From the IMG/VR virus record IMGVR_UViG_3300020054_000866, positions 32,001 through 96,000 of that record: a stretch of DNA of 64,000 bases. One strand, 5' to 3'. This document shows, in pieces, positions 1-10,006 of this stretch (within the stretch, counting starts at the first letter, position 1; every line of letters begins with the position of its first letter). Both the position numbers and the translations under genes were made by a program. Origin of the DNA: a virus. A model generated the notes under the pieces. That model did not search any database and was not told the DNA's origin. It worked only from the letters and a program-made list of their open reading frames with translations.

Positions 1-72
1 GGTGGCGGAACCGAAACCGCCGCCGCTGGTGCTGGTGCTAACGGGATTGTGATCGTGGAGTTGTACGCATGA
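1..72 (+). CDS. 3' end of glycine-rich tail/receptor-binding protein (partial)
   Basis: Frame 1 reads GGGTETAAAGAGANGIVIVELYA-stop, similar to the G..G.V..R C-termini of the Gly-rich proteins at 344 and 3082; ATGA overlap with the next gene. Confidence 0.75.
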   Translation, partial: GGGTETAAAGAGANGIVIVELYA

Positions 73-257
73 AATACGCACTAATCAACGCTGACGGTTT
101 GGTTGTGAACGCTATCGTGTGGGACGGTCAAACCGACTACACCGCACCCGATGGGCTGGCCGTTGTTGCTATTCCTGATGGTGTTGGCGCTGGTCCCGGC
201 TGGACCTATGACGGCGCCAACTGGATCGCACCGCCGCCTGAAGAGCTCGAAGAATAG
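69..257 (+). CDS. Small tail-fibre-associated protein (assembly chaperone-like)
   Basis: MKYALIN..G.VVNAIV...G.GWTYDG..W.APP pattern shared with the small ORFs at 1612, 1893 and 3900 that follow Gly-rich proteins. Confidence 0.65.
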   Translation: MKYALINADGLVVNAIVWDGQTDYTAPDGLAVVAIPDGVGAGPGWTYDGANWIAPPPEELEE

Positions 258-343
258 CCAATTATTCTTCAACAGCTCGTAAAATCGCGGCTGCTCGTGT
301 AGTGTATAATTTGGTGAGATCTTGTGCGTTGGAGGCCGTCTAA

Positions 344-1612
344 ATGGCAATTGATTTTCCAAACTCCCCAACCACCGGTGACACGTACACTGCTGGCGGT
401 AGGACGTGGCAGTGGGACGGTACCGTCTGGGCCGCATACGGCAACTATCCCGACCCCACCGTCCTGAAGATTGATACCGGTACCAACCGTGTCGGTATCA
501 ACAACACGTCCCCCACGACCGCGTTAGACGTAACCGGTGACCTGACGGTCTCTGGCAAGGTCAATGCCACCGCCCCCACCTCTACCAAGACAGCAAGTTA
601 CACACTCGCTGCCGGTGATGAGAACACTCGCATCGTAATGAATAACGCTGGGGCGACGACCATTACTGTTGATGATGGTGTGTTTGCGGCTGGTGACACG
701 GTGTGGATTCACAACATTGGTGCTGGTACGACGACGGTTACGGCTGGTACTGCGACGGTTGATACTGCTGGTTCGTTGGACGTTGGACAGTGGGAGGGCG
801 GAAGTCTTTACTTCACATCTGCGTCCTCTGCAATCTTTTTTCGTGGTGGCGGAGCAGGCGTAGCATACGGTGCCGCTACTGGCGGCACATCCTCCACGAT
901 CACGGTTGATGGCGATTCGTACACTTTGTTGGAGTTCACTTCGTCCAGCACGTTGACCGTGACTAAGGCTGGCGTGTTTGACGTTCTTGTTGTTGGCGGT
1001 GGCGGTGGCGGCGGTACTGCTGGCTCCCTCATCTGTGGTGCTGGTGCTGCTGGTGGCTACCGCCAGTTCGACAAGGTATATTTCGACACGAACCAGACGG
1101 TCGTTGTCGGTGCTGGCGATTCGGTGAACGGCTACCGAGGCACCGGTTCACGATGCGGTCAACCGTTCGTCGGTGGAGGCGGTAGCACTAACCAATACCT
1201 GCAAGGTCGAAACGGTGCCTCCGGTGGTGGCGGTGGATACTCCACGGCTGTCGGCGGCAAGGGCGACGACGCAAGCGGCAATAACGGCGGCGGCGGTGCG
1301 TCTAGTGCTGGTGGCGGCGGCGGCGGTGCTGGGGCAGTTGGTGCTAACGCTACGTCGGGCGCAGGCGGCAACGGTGGCGACGGACTGGACGCATCGACGT
1401 TTCGCGGTGAGTCCGCAGGAACTACCTATTACGCAGGTGGAGGCGGCGGTGAAGGCGGCACGACCCGTGGCCTCGGCGGTCTTGGCGGTGGTGGAAACGG
1501 CAAAGACCCGGGCAACGCATCTACAGCAGGAGCCACCAACACAGGTGGTGGCGGTGGTGGCGACGGCTCCTCTGGTGGATCCGGCATTGTCCTAGTGAGG
1601 TTCAAGAACTAA
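344..1612 (+). CDS. Tail fibre/receptor-binding protein: MAIDFP.SP anchor domain plus Gly-rich C-terminal domain
   Basis: N-terminus MAIDFPNSPTTGDTYTAGGRTWQWDG; RVGINNTSP..ALDV.G fibre repeat; VLVVGGGGGGG...GGSGIVLVRF glycine-rich domain. Confidence 0.75.
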   Translation: MAIDFPNSPTTGDTYTAGGRTWQWDGTVWAAYGNYPDPTVLKIDTGTNRVGINNTSPTTALDVTGDLTVSGKVNATAPTSTKTASYTLAAGDENTRIVMNNAGATTITVDDGVFAAGDTVWIHNIGAGTTTVTAGTATVDTAGSLDVGQWEGGSLYFTSASSAIFFRGGGAGVAYGAATGGTSSTITVDGDSYTLLEFTSSSTLTVTKAGVFDVLVVGGGGGGGTAGSLICGAGAAGGYRQFDKVYFDTNQTVVVGAGDSVNGYRGTGSRCGQPFVGGGGSTNQYLQGRNGASGGGGGYSTAVGGKGDDASGNNGGGGASSAGGGGGGAGAVGANATSGAGGNGGDGLDASTFRGESAGTTYYAGGGGGEGGTTRGLGGLGGGGNGKDPGNASTAGATNTGGGGGGDGSSGGSGIVLVRFKN

Positions 1613-1875
1613 TGGCACATTTCGCACGCATTGACAACAACACGGTCATTGAGGTCATTGTCATTTCCGACGACAACTGCCCTGATCCTGCCCCCAACAA
1701 CGAATCAGCAGGACAGACGTTCATCGCTGACGTTCTCGGACTCGCAGGCGAATGGAAGCAAACCTCATACAACGGGAACTTCCGTGGCACCTACGCCGGA
1801 ATCGGCTACACCTACGATCCTGCTATTGATGAGTTTGTGCCGCCCCCTGTAACTGAAGAACCGACCCCCGAGTAA
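1612..1875 (+). CDS. Small fibre-associated chaperone-like protein
   Basis: MAHFARID.N.VIEVIV...WKQTSYN..FR..YAGIGYTYD...D.F.PP; TAATG coupling to the upstream gene. Confidence 0.7.
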   Translation: MAHFARIDNNTVIEVIVISDDNCPDPAPNNESAGQTFIADVLGLAGEWKQTSYNGNFRGTYAGIGYTYDPAIDEFVPPPVTEEPTPE

Positions 1876-1879
1876 GAGG

Positions 1880-1885
1880 TATAAT
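1880..1885 (+). promoter_or_regulatory. -10 box (TATAAT) of a probable leaderless transcript
   Basis: TATAAT lies 7 nt before the ATG at 1893, with no room for an SD. Confidence 0.55.
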
Positions 1886-1892
1886 CACACCT

Positions 1893-2276
1893 ATGGCACA
1901 TTACGCATTTCTTGACAACAACAACGTCGTCACTGAGGTCATCGTCGGACGTGATGAAGATGAAGTCGTTGACGGCGTTACGGACTGGGAGGCTTACTAC
2001 GGTGAGTTCCGGGGCCAGACCTGTAAGCGCACCTCGTACAACACGCAGGGCGGACAGCACACTGGTGACGGCACCCCGTACCGTAAGAACTACGCCGGTA
2101 TCGGATACACGTACGATGCCGACCGTGACGCCTTCATTCCGCCCCAGCCGTACGCTTCGTGGGTCCTGAACGAGGACACCTGCCTGTGGGACGCCCCCAC
2201 CCCGATGCCTGATGACGGACAGGAGTACACGTGGAACGAAGACACGACCTCATGGGAAGTAGTTGAGGCTGAGTAA
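1893..2276 (+). CDS. Fibre-associated chaperone-like protein, paralogue of 1612 and 3900
   Basis: MAHYAFLD.NNVVTEVIVG...RTSYNT..G.H...RKNYAGIGYTYD..RDAFIPPQPY.SWVL.EDTCLW.AP. Confidence 0.75.
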   Translation: MAHYAFLDNNNVVTEVIVGRDEDEVVDGVTDWEAYYGEFRGQTCKRTSYNTQGGQHTGDGTPYRKNYAGIGYTYDADRDAFIPPQPYASWVLNEDTCLWDAPTPMPDDGQEYTWNEDTTSWEVVEAE

Positions 2277-3082
2277 TGGCGATCAATTTCCCCGACTCTC
2301 CTTCTAACGGCGACACCGTCACCGTCGGTGACAAGACGTGGACGTGGAACGGATCGACGTGGGATGTTGTCGTATCGACCCCGATCTCTAATCAGATCGT
2401 TGATGCGGATGGCGATACCCGCGTCCACGTAGAAGAGTCCCCCGACGAAGATTACTTACGTTTCGATACTGCTGGTACCGAGCGTATGACGATCAACCCT
2501 TCAGGCAATGTCGCTATGACCGGCGATCTTACGGTTACGGGTACTATTGCTGGTGGGTCTACTACCTTTCCCACTACGTTGGATTCTGGAACGATGCCCG
2601 CAATCGAGGCGCTTCAGGCGAAGGTTGGTGTCAATAGTTCTGCTGTTGCGACTTCGCATGATTACATTCTGAATCAGCCGACCGCTTTCACGTTGAAGGC
2701 TCCGTTGGAGTTGTGGACCATTTCGGCTACAGCGGCCACAGGAACCGTGAACGTCGATCTGAAGTCGTCAGGCGCACATTATTTCACGGCGGATGCTACG
2801 GCGAACTGGACATACAATTTCCGTGGCGATGCGTCTACCAGTCTTGATTCTGTGTTGGCTGTCGGTGAATCGGTCACCGCTGTTCACGCAGTGACCAACG
2901 GCGCGACAGCTTACTATCCGACGGCGTTTCAGGTTGACGGTTCGGCGGTGACACCCAAGTGGTCGGGTGGTTCTGCACCCACTTCGGGTAATGCTAGTTC
3001 GGTTGATGCTTACCTGTTTACTGTTGTCAAGACTGCTAGCGCTACGTTTACGGTGTTGGCTCAGCAGGTTCAGTTTGCCTGA
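2276..3082 (+). CDS. Tail fibre/adaptor protein with MAINFP.SP anchor domain
   Basis: Same N-terminal anchor as 344 and 4323; DADGDT.VHVEE..D.D..RFDTAG.ERMTI module; C-terminal W.GG.APT......D.Y.F beta domain. Confidence 0.7.
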   Translation: MAINFPDSPSNGDTVTVGDKTWTWNGSTWDVVVSTPISNQIVDADGDTRVHVEESPDEDYLRFDTAGTERMTINPSGNVAMTGDLTVTGTIAGGSTTFPTTLDSGTMPAIEALQAKVGVNSSAVATSHDYILNQPTAFTLKAPLELWTISATAATGTVNVDLKSSGAHYFTADATANWTYNFRGDASTSLDSVLAVGESVTAVHAVTNGATAYYPTAFQVDGSAVTPKWSGGSAPTSGNASSVDAYLFTVVKTASATFTVLAQQVQFA

Positions 3083-3897
3083 TGCCTATTTTAGGTGCGG
3101 TTTCTCAGCCTGCTGGGGCGATCAGGTATGGCCGTCCGCCGCTAGAGGTTGAATATCTGGTTGTCGCTGGCGGCGGGGGTGGCGGAGGAGGCGACGATGC
3201 CGACGGCGGAGGCGGTGGTGGAGGCGCAGGTGGCTTCCTGACCAGTACCGTGACTTTGACGGCTGGTTCTAATTACACTGTAACAGTTGGCGGTGCTGGC
3301 GGTGGATCGCCATCGCTCAGCGTTGGCTCTAGTGGCGGAAACTCAGTATTCGATTCGGCCACAGCAATTGGCGGTGGTCGTGCCGCTAGCCGTGGCGGTG
3401 GCGGTCAAAGCGGCGGTTCCGGCGGTGGATGTTTCCGAAACGCCAATCGGGGATTGGGAACGGCTGGTCAAGGAAACGCTGGCGCAAGTAGCACGACTTC
3501 GTGGGCTGGCGGTGGCGGTGGTGGTGCCGGTGCAGGTGGTAGCAACATGAACGGTGGTGCTGGTCTTGCGTTTTATGGCACCTATTACGCTGGCGGTGGT
3601 GGTGGCGGCAGAAACGGTGCTACCGCTACTGGTTCCGGTGGTGCTGGTGGTGGCGGGAACGGTGCTGCAAACGGTTCTGCTGGTACGCACGGTCTTGGCG
3701 GTGGTGGCGGCGGTGGTCAAGGAGGATGGAATACCAACTCCTTGGGTGCCCGTGGTGGTTCTGGTGTTGTTATTCTGCGCTATCCAGACGTATATACCTT
3801 GACAGTTGCGGCAGGTCATACTGCTTCTACCACCACAAGCGGATCAACCAAGATCACTACTATTACTGCCGGTTCTGGCTCTGTTTCTTGGAGTTGA
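3082..3897 (+). CDS. Glycine-rich receptor-binding-like protein
   Basis: VEYLVVAGGGGGG...YYAGGGGGG...GGSGVVILRY; homologous to the C-terminal half of the 344 ORF. Confidence 0.75.
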   Translation: MPILGAVSQPAGAIRYGRPPLEVEYLVVAGGGGGGGGDDADGGGGGGGAGGFLTSTVTLTAGSNYTVTVGGAGGGSPSLSVGSSGGNSVFDSATAIGGGRAASRGGGGQSGGSGGGCFRNANRGLGTAGQGNAGASSTTSWAGGGGGGAGAGGSNMNGGAGLAFYGTYYAGGGGGGRNGATATGSGGAGGGGNGAANGSAGTHGLGGGGGGGQGGWNTNSLGARGGSGVVILRYPDVYTLTVAAGHTASTTTSGSTKITTITAGSGSVSWS

Positions 3898-3899
3898 CG

Positions 3900-4286
3900 A
3901 TGTGGCATTATGCTTTACTTGACGAAAACAATGTTGTGACCGATATCATCACTGGTCAAAACCCCAATGTTGTCGTGGACGGTGTTGATAACTGGGAATC
4001 GTATTACGGTGAGTTTCACGGCTGTAGGGCTGTGGGGTCTGATTGCGACATGTTTGGTGGTCAACACTTGGATGGAGGTGTTCCATTCCGCAAAAACCAT
4101 GCGTCTATCGGCGGCACCTATGATGAAAGCCGCGATGCTTTTATTCCGTCACAGCCATACCCGTCATGGGTGCTAGACGAAGATACCTGCTTGTGGAACG
4201 CTCCGGCCCCTAAACCAAATGACGGCAATGCGTATGGCTGGGACGAGGACACTGTTAGTTGGGTTCAGATCGACGAAGGTGATTGA
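3900..4286 (+). CDS. Fibre-associated chaperone-like protein (start corrected from 3726 to ATG 3900)
   Basis: MWHYALLDENNVVTDII... aligns with the 1893 ORF from its first residue; the upstream extension overlaps the previous gene. Confidence 0.75.
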   Translation: MWHYALLDENNVVTDIITGQNPNVVVDGVDNWESYYGEFHGCRAVGSDCDMFGGQHLDGGVPFRKNHASIGGTYDESRDAFIPSQPYPSWVLDEDTCLWNAPAPKPNDGNAYGWDEDTVSWVQIDEGD

Positions 4287-4322
4287 TAATGTGTTACTAT
4301 AGTTCTGACACTGGAGGGTGTA

Positions 4323-5093
4323 ATGGCAATTGATTTTCCGTCGTCCCCATCAGTAAATGACTCGTTTACCTCAGGGGGCAAAACTTGGGTATGGAACGGT
4401 ACGTACTGGAAGTTGTACGGCTCTGTTCTGCGCGGCCTGAGTCTTGAGATCTCCGACACGCCCCCTGCTTCTCCTGTATCAGGAGATATGTGGTATGAGT
4501 CAGATACGGGGCGCACGTTCACGTATTATGACGGCGCATGGGTGGAGTTAGGTAACACCGCCGCTGTTACAGCGTTCTTGACCGACGCAGATGGAGATAC
4601 CATCGTCCACGTCGAAGAGGGCACAGACGACGACACTATCCGCTTTGATACGGCAGGTAGTGAGCGTATGACCATTGACGCGAGTGGTGACGTCACCATT
4701 GGCGGCAACCTGGCAGTTGGCTCTAACACTGACGTCGAAGCCAGCATTGATGCAGTTGAAGCCGATGTTTCTAACATCAATGAACTTCAGCAGAACGAGC
4801 AGACTGGAACCACCTACACGCTGGTTCTTGCTGACGGTGGTAAGTTGGTGGAGATGAACAATGCTTCGGCAAATACGTTGACTGTTCCCCCGAACTCCTC
4901 AGTTGCTTTCCCTGTGGGTTCTCAGATTCTGGTTCTTCAGACTGGTGCTGGTCAGACGACGTTGGCCCCCGACACTGGCGTTACCATCAACTCTAAGGAC
5001 GGTAATTTGAAGTTGTCGGATCAGTGGTGTGGCGTGACGTTGATCAAGCGTGCCACTGATGTGTGGGTGGCTATTGGCGATCTGAGCGCCTGA
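4323..5093 (+). CDS. Tail fibre/adaptor protein with MAIDFP.SP anchor domain
   Basis: GGAGGG SD; anchor domain; P.SP.SGD.WY repeat; YTLVLADGGKLVEMNNASANTLTVPPN C-terminal fibre domain. Confidence 0.75.
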   Translation: MAIDFPSSPSVNDSFTSGGKTWVWNGTYWKLYGSVLRGLSLEISDTPPASPVSGDMWYESDTGRTFTYYDGAWVELGNTAAVTAFLTDADGDTIVHVEEGTDDDTIRFDTAGSERMTIDASGDVTIGGNLAVGSNTDVEASIDAVEADVSNINELQQNEQTGTTYTLVLADGGKLVEMNNASANTLTVPPNSSVAFPVGSQILVLQTGAGQTTLAPDTGVTINSKDGNLKLSDQWCGVTLIKRATDVWVAIGDLSA

Positions 5094-5103
5094 GGCTGAC
5101 AAC

Positions 5104-7824
5104 ATGAAGTTGTCTACCTTCTCCGGGTTTATTAGCGCAGTAATCGCCGGTACCCGTGCGTTGTTTTTTGGCGGTTATACGGGGTCTGCTCGTAGCGATG
5201 TAATCGACTATGTCAACATTGAGACTCTGGGTAATGCCACCGATTTTGGTGATCTAACCGTTGCTCGTAACGGTGGTGCGGCTGGGGCTTCTTCAACTCG
5301 CGCTTTATTTGCTGGCGGTTACTCCACCTCCAGAGAAAACACTATTGACTATGTAACTATCGCCACGCTGGGTAATGCAACAGACTTCGGTAATCTGACA
5401 CAGAACGCCTCCGGTCAGGCGGGTGCGTCTAACGAAACACGTTTCGTAATAGGCGGCGCAAACATTACGAGTGCGTACTACGCCTTTAGCAATCGCATCG
5501 AGTATGTGACTATTGCTTCCACGGGTAATGCTATAAACGTAGGAGGCTTGACAGTAACTAGGGCTGAGGCTGGTGGAGTTGAGTCACCTGTTCACGGTTT
5601 GTTTATGGGCGGTCAGTTCGTGAACTCAGCAGCGACCGTATTCAGCACATATAACACTATTGACTACGTTACATTTAGTTCTTTAGGTAACGCTCTGGAT
5701 TTTGGTGATCTAACACAAGCACGTTTCGTTGGCGGTCCCGCATCTAACTCTGTCAGAGGTCTGTACGCTGGCGGTGTAAGCCGAGTTGGTACGACTAGTG
5801 CTACCGTCCTAAGAGACACCATTGACTACTTGACCCTTGCGGCTAGAGGCAACTCCGCAGATTTCGGTAATCTTAGTGTCGCTTCTAGCAGTAACGCTGG
5901 GGCGGCTTCTTCATCGAGGGCACTATTCACCCTCGGTTATCCCAATTCTTACGGCAGTAACACCATTGAATATGTTGAGATTGCCACTACCGGCAACACT
6001 GTTGATTTTGGTGATCTCACCATTGCTCGTAATGCTGACGGCACCTCTGGCGGTCACGGTGGGCTGATCTTAGTTCTGCCTACTGCTGACGGTACTCGTG
6101 CGCTGTTCGGTGGCGGTCTCGTTGATGGCGGTTCTGTCAGAACGCAGATCGACACGGTACTGATCGCTTCGACTGGGAACGCCACCGACTTCGGTGACCT
6201 GACGCAGGCTCGAACTTATCTCAACGGGTTGTCTTCCTCTACAAGAGGCGTGTTTACCGGCGGCAATATCGGAAGCAGCACCCGTGTCAACACGATGGAT
6301 TATGTGACCATCGCTGAGGGTGGGACCGCCCTTGACTTCGGTGACCTGACGTTGGTTCACGACGATCATGGAACAGCATCTAATGAAACCCGAGGTCTGA
6401 ACTTCGGTGGTCAAACTCCAACTGTTCTGACTAACGTGATTGACTACATCACGATTGCTACGACTGGTAATGCTACGGACTTCGGTGACCTAAGTTGGGG
6501 TGCGAGCCGTAACCCGATGGCGGTCCAGTCTCCCATCCACGGCATCGTTCACGGCGGTTCCATCGACCAAGACGGCATCTACTACGTTGCGTTTGCGTCG
6601 ACCGGCAACACGGTGCAGTGGGGAACCCTGTATCAGACAAACTATTCGGTGAGCAACGGTGTGTCTAATGCCACCCGAGGCGTGTTCGCTGGTGGCGGCA
6701 CCGTAGCGAATGTGATCCAAGCCATTACGCTGGCATCTGCCGGAAACTCGATAGACTTTGGTGACCTGACGGTGGCAAGAGCAAAGGCGGCTGGTGCCGC
6801 TTCTCCGACCCGTGGCCTGTTTGCTTCGGGTGAGGGCTACTACAACGTGATCGACTACATCGACATCGCCACATTCGGTAATGTTGCCGACTTCGGTGAT
6901 CTCACGGAGACGATCTTGAAGCCGGGTGCCTGCTCTGACGGTCACGGTGGGCTTGGAGCGTCACCGTTGGAGTCAATCTCCAACATCGGCGTGTTCGACA
7001 ACGGGGACTACATCGAATACCTGAACATCGCTTCGACCGGTAACTCGCTGAACTTCGGCAAGTTGAGTACCGCAAGGTCACGGATGGATGCTGTCGGTTC
7101 CACTACTCGGGCCGTGTTCGGTCCCGGCTTGGGGGACGATGTTACCATTGACTATCTGACGTTCACGACCGGTGGCGACGCTACTGACTTCGGTGATACA
7201 ACGTCCGCTCGTTCAGCAATGGGCGGTTGTGGGAACTCTACCCGAGGACTGTTCGGCGGTGGCATCCCTAACTCGGACGTCATCGACTATGTGACCATCG
7301 CCACGACCGGCAACGCAACCGACTTCGGTGATCTGACGGTGAGCCGTGGTGATACGTCAGCAACATCCAACTCCACCCGAGGCTTGTTCTGCGGAGGTGC
7401 CACGACTCCCGGCCCGACAGTCCGAAACCAGATCGACTATGTGACCATCGCAACCACCGGAAACGCTACCGACTTTGGTGATCTCACGGTGGCTCGTCGT
7501 GATCTCGGTGCTTCTGCGTCCACTACTAGGGCTGTCATCGTCGGCGGTCGTGACGCTACGGCTTCCGGTTGGTACAACACGATGGATTACGTCACCATCG
7601 CTACGACAGGAAACGCTACGGACTTCGGTGACCTGACGGTTGCCCGAGGGAAATGTAAGTCTATGTCGAACACGACGAGAGGTATCTGTACCCCCGGCGA
7701 GGGTTACAACGTCATCGACTACTGGACGATCGCCACCACCGGGAACGCCACCGACTTTGGTGACGCATCGACCGCCTCCTATCACGGTGGCGCAACATCA
7801 AACTGTCATGGAGGACTGTCGTGA
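5104..7824 (+). CDS. Kelch-like repeat protein, predicted three tandem six-bladed beta-propellers
   Basis: 18 copies of IDYVTIATTGNATDFGDLTVAR...S.TRG.F.GG in three blocks of six, each block ending in HGGL. Confidence 0.75.
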   Translation: MKLSTFSGFISAVIAGTRALFFGGYTGSARSDVIDYVNIETLGNATDFGDLTVARNGGAAGASSTRALFAGGYSTSRENTIDYVTIATLGNATDFGNLTQNASGQAGASNETRFVIGGANITSAYYAFSNRIEYVTIASTGNAINVGGLTVTRAEAGGVESPVHGLFMGGQFVNSAATVFSTYNTIDYVTFSSLGNALDFGDLTQARFVGGPASNSVRGLYAGGVSRVGTTSATVLRDTIDYLTLAARGNSADFGNLSVASSSNAGAASSSRALFTLGYPNSYGSNTIEYVEIATTGNTVDFGDLTIARNADGTSGGHGGLILVLPTADGTRALFGGGLVDGGSVRTQIDTVLIASTGNATDFGDLTQARTYLNGLSSSTRGVFTGGNIGSSTRVNTMDYVTIAEGGTALDFGDLTLVHDDHGTASNETRGLNFGGQTPTVLTNVIDYITIATTGNATDFGDLSWGASRNPMAVQSPIHGIVHGGSIDQDGIYYVAFASTGNTVQWGTLYQTNYSVSNGVSNATRGVFAGGGTVANVIQAITLASAGNSIDFGDLTVARAKAAGAASPTRGLFASGEGYYNVIDYIDIATFGNVADFGDLTETILKPGACSDGHGGLGASPLESISNIGVFDNGDYIEYLNIASTGNSLNFGKLSTARSRMDAVGSTTRAVFGPGLGDDVTIDYLTFTTGGDATDFGDTTSARSAMGGCGNSTRGLFGGGIPNSDVIDYVTIATTGNATDFGDLTVSRGDTSATSNSTRGLFCGGATTPGPTVRNQIDYVTIATTGNATDFGDLTVARRDLGASASTTRAVIVGGRDATASGWYNTMDYVTIATTGNATDFGDLTVARGKCKSMSNTTRGICTPGEGYNVIDYWTIATTGNATDFGDASTASYHGGATSNCHGGLS

Positions 7825-8618
7825 CCGAACTAGCACTCACCGCATCGCAACTACCGGAACGGTACGAGCAGATGATCGACAAGGTGACCGAACTGCTCCC
7901 AAGGATCGACGCATCGAACGAGTCGTTCTACAAGTCGGACTCACAACTCAAGACCGTCTCGCTGAACGTCACCGACCTGACCGATGTTGGTGCGGCGAAG
8001 CATATCCTCGCCCGTATCGAACGGAAGCGGGAAGCGTTGAAGGAGTCCGAGTTGGGGTTGCGCCGTAAGCGGATCGAACTCGCTCAGAAACAAGACGAAC
8101 TGGAATCAGCATCCGGGTACGCCGCCGAACTGTTAGAGATCGACATTCTGGAACTGTCGTCACAGATCGAATCGACGCAGAACTACCAGCGGGGTGCCGT
8201 CCGTGAGGTGACGTTCCTCGTTCACCAGTACGAAGCAATCTGCGACAAGTTAGGTGTCGAAGTCATCACCGAAGAAATGTACGAGGCGAACGAGTCGAAG
8301 GCTCAAGTGATGCGGGCGTTCTCGCAGGCGCTCGCCGCCGCCCGCTCACGGCAGGGCTTGATCGACGAAGGCAACTTCATCTTCTTCCAAGACCTCGGCA
8401 TCAACGGTGCCGCCGCCCAACGGGAACTCATCACCTACCTCGAAATGGAACAGCAGATGCTCAACGAGGGCAAGGTGCCGACGTTCGAGGTTCAGTACGG
8501 CTGGCTGGATGCGGTCAGCGACAAGTTCGCCCCACAAGTCGCCTTGTACGCCGAGCATCGTGGACTCATCCCGCAAGTCGAAGCCGCCCTCGCACAACCG
8601 AAGGAATTAACAGTATGA
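7821..8618 (+). CDS. Coiled-coil hypothetical protein
   Basis: GTGA overlap with the propeller gene; GGAGGA SD; helical E/K/L-rich sequence. Confidence 0.7.
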   Translation: MTELALTASQLPERYEQMIDKVTELLPRIDASNESFYKSDSQLKTVSLNVTDLTDVGAAKHILARIERKREALKESELGLRRKRIELAQKQDELESASGYAAELLEIDILELSSQIESTQNYQRGAVREVTFLVHQYEAICDKLGVEVITEEMYEANESKAQVMRAFSQALAAARSRQGLIDEGNFIFFQDLGINGAAAQRELITYLEMEQQMLNEGKVPTFEVQYGWLDAVSDKFAPQVALYAEHRGLIPQVEAALAQPKELTV

Positions 8619-8890
8619 AAGTAACAACGTATACCTTGAACGCCGACGGCACGATCCCCGGGTTCGTGACTAACGGCGGCTACTTCCCCGATGCCCGTGT
8701 CGGCGACTCTCCGCAAGACTGGACACTGGTCGGCGTCTGTGCTGATGACGCTCCCGGCGACGCGATGACCGAAGCCGAACTCGTCACCTACGTCGAAGCG
8801 TTCTCACCCGTGTTCACCAACGAGATTGACGGCACGGAGACTCCGGCGGCGGATGTTGTCGCCACATGGTGGGCAGTAAACGCCCAGTAA
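8615..8890 (+). CDS. Hypothetical protein
   Basis: AAGGA SD; start overlaps the upstream stop; codon usage matches neighbours. Confidence 0.7.
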   Translation: MKVTTYTLNADGTIPGFVTNGGYFPDARVGDSPQDWTLVGVCADDAPGDAMTEAELVTYVEAFSPVFTNEIDGTETPAADVVATWWAVNAQ

Positions 8891-9016
8891 TTGCTCCCGC
8901 GCTATCGCAATAAGAACAACCATCAGGGCGCGAACTCGCTCTAATTGGGCTCTCTCACTGTGATAGAATGTTGCTGTGTCGGGTGACCGACGAAGGACGA
9001 GACATGGCGGCATAAG

Positions 9017-10000
9017 ATGACACTGTACACAGAAGACGGCGCGATTCTCTATTACGGAGAAGGTCTATACGGAGAAGGCTCGTACAACGATCCTGAAGGC
9101 CAAGACTTCGAAACCTCTGTAGTCAATAAGGCGCTAACACCGCTACCGCCGCCAGTCTTCTCAGGTCTCTTTCTACAGGAAGACGTTATTCTCGACACTT
9201 TAGTGTTGAACTCAATTGACTCAAATAATGTCATTTGGATCTGCACAGACATTGAAGGCTGGTGGGGTCTTCCAGACCCGGAGGTTCCAGACATTCCTCG
9301 CGGATGGGGAGACGGCTCTTATGAGGCAAACGGCCGCTGGGCCGCGCGACAGATAAATCTTACTGGAGTATTTTTTCCGCCAGGGCCGGAATACGTGTCT
9401 ACGGCAAGAGACACCCTAATTCGTGCAGCGTCTCTCGCTCGGCAAGGCGCGTGGCTGAAGACAAATGAATCGCCGACAAGAGCGTCATTCGTGAGACTCA
9501 GCGGCAGACCTGAGATACAAACAGTGAACTCTCGAGGGAAGACGGAGTTCTCGATCGGTCTACGCGCGTCCGACCCGATCAAATACTCTTGGGATGACTC
9601 AGACGCACTTGGTTACAGCTCAGTCACTATTCCGTGTAAAAATACGTCAACGGCAGAGACTGGCGCCGCGACAATCACCAACCTCGGAAACACTAACGTT
9701 ACGATGTTTCTTGAAATTGACGGCCCTGTAGTTGGAAACGCTACAATTAAAAACACTACAACAGACCAAACGCTTACAATCGTCGAGTCTGTTGCTTCCG
9801 GTGAGCTTCTCGAGATTGACACGTACAAGCACGAGGTCGCGCTTGACGGCGACGTTCTTGGCGCCCGCGTGTATCTCGACACTCTTACGGATTGGCTGGA
9901 GCTCACGCCAGGCAACAACTCGATAGTCTTTGAAGATCTTGGTGACGCAACATCGGACGCGGTACTCACTGTGTACTATCGCTCCGGTTGGATAGGCTAA
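9017..10000 (+). CDS. Distal tail protein (Dit)-like minor tail protein
   Basis: R.I.L.G..., L.A.DP..Y, N.G....P...I.GP, L.ID....V, W..L.PG.N.I, YRS.W signature of siphophage Dit proteins. Confidence 0.8.
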   Translation: MTLYTEDGAILYYGEGLYGEGSYNDPEGQDFETSVVNKALTPLPPPVFSGLFLQEDVILDTLVLNSIDSNNVIWICTDIEGWWGLPDPEVPDIPRGWGDGSYEANGRWAARQINLTGVFFPPGPEYVSTARDTLIRAASLARQGAWLKTNESPTRASFVRLSGRPEIQTVNSRGKTEFSIGLRASDPIKYSWDDSDALGYSSVTIPCKNTSTAETGAATITNLGNTNVTMFLEIDGPVVGNATIKNTTTDQTLTIVESVASGELLEIDTYKHEVALDGDVLGARVYLDTLTDWLELTPGNNSIVFEDLGDATSDAVLTVYYRSGWIG

Positions 10001-10006
10001 ACTACA

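Noticed and set aside
3726-3899. N-terminal extension of the 186-aa ORF (similarly 36616-36723, 37119-37160, 13512-13598)
   Set aside because: The extensions overlap upstream genes or promoter DNA; paralogue alignment and stop/start coupling support the downstream starts.
7280-7765. Near-identical DNA repeats as a CRISPR array or DGR template/variable pair
   Set aside because: They are in-frame coding repeats of propeller blades that vary at synonymous sites. They show no adenine-specific pattern, and there is no reverse transcriptase or cas operon in the window.
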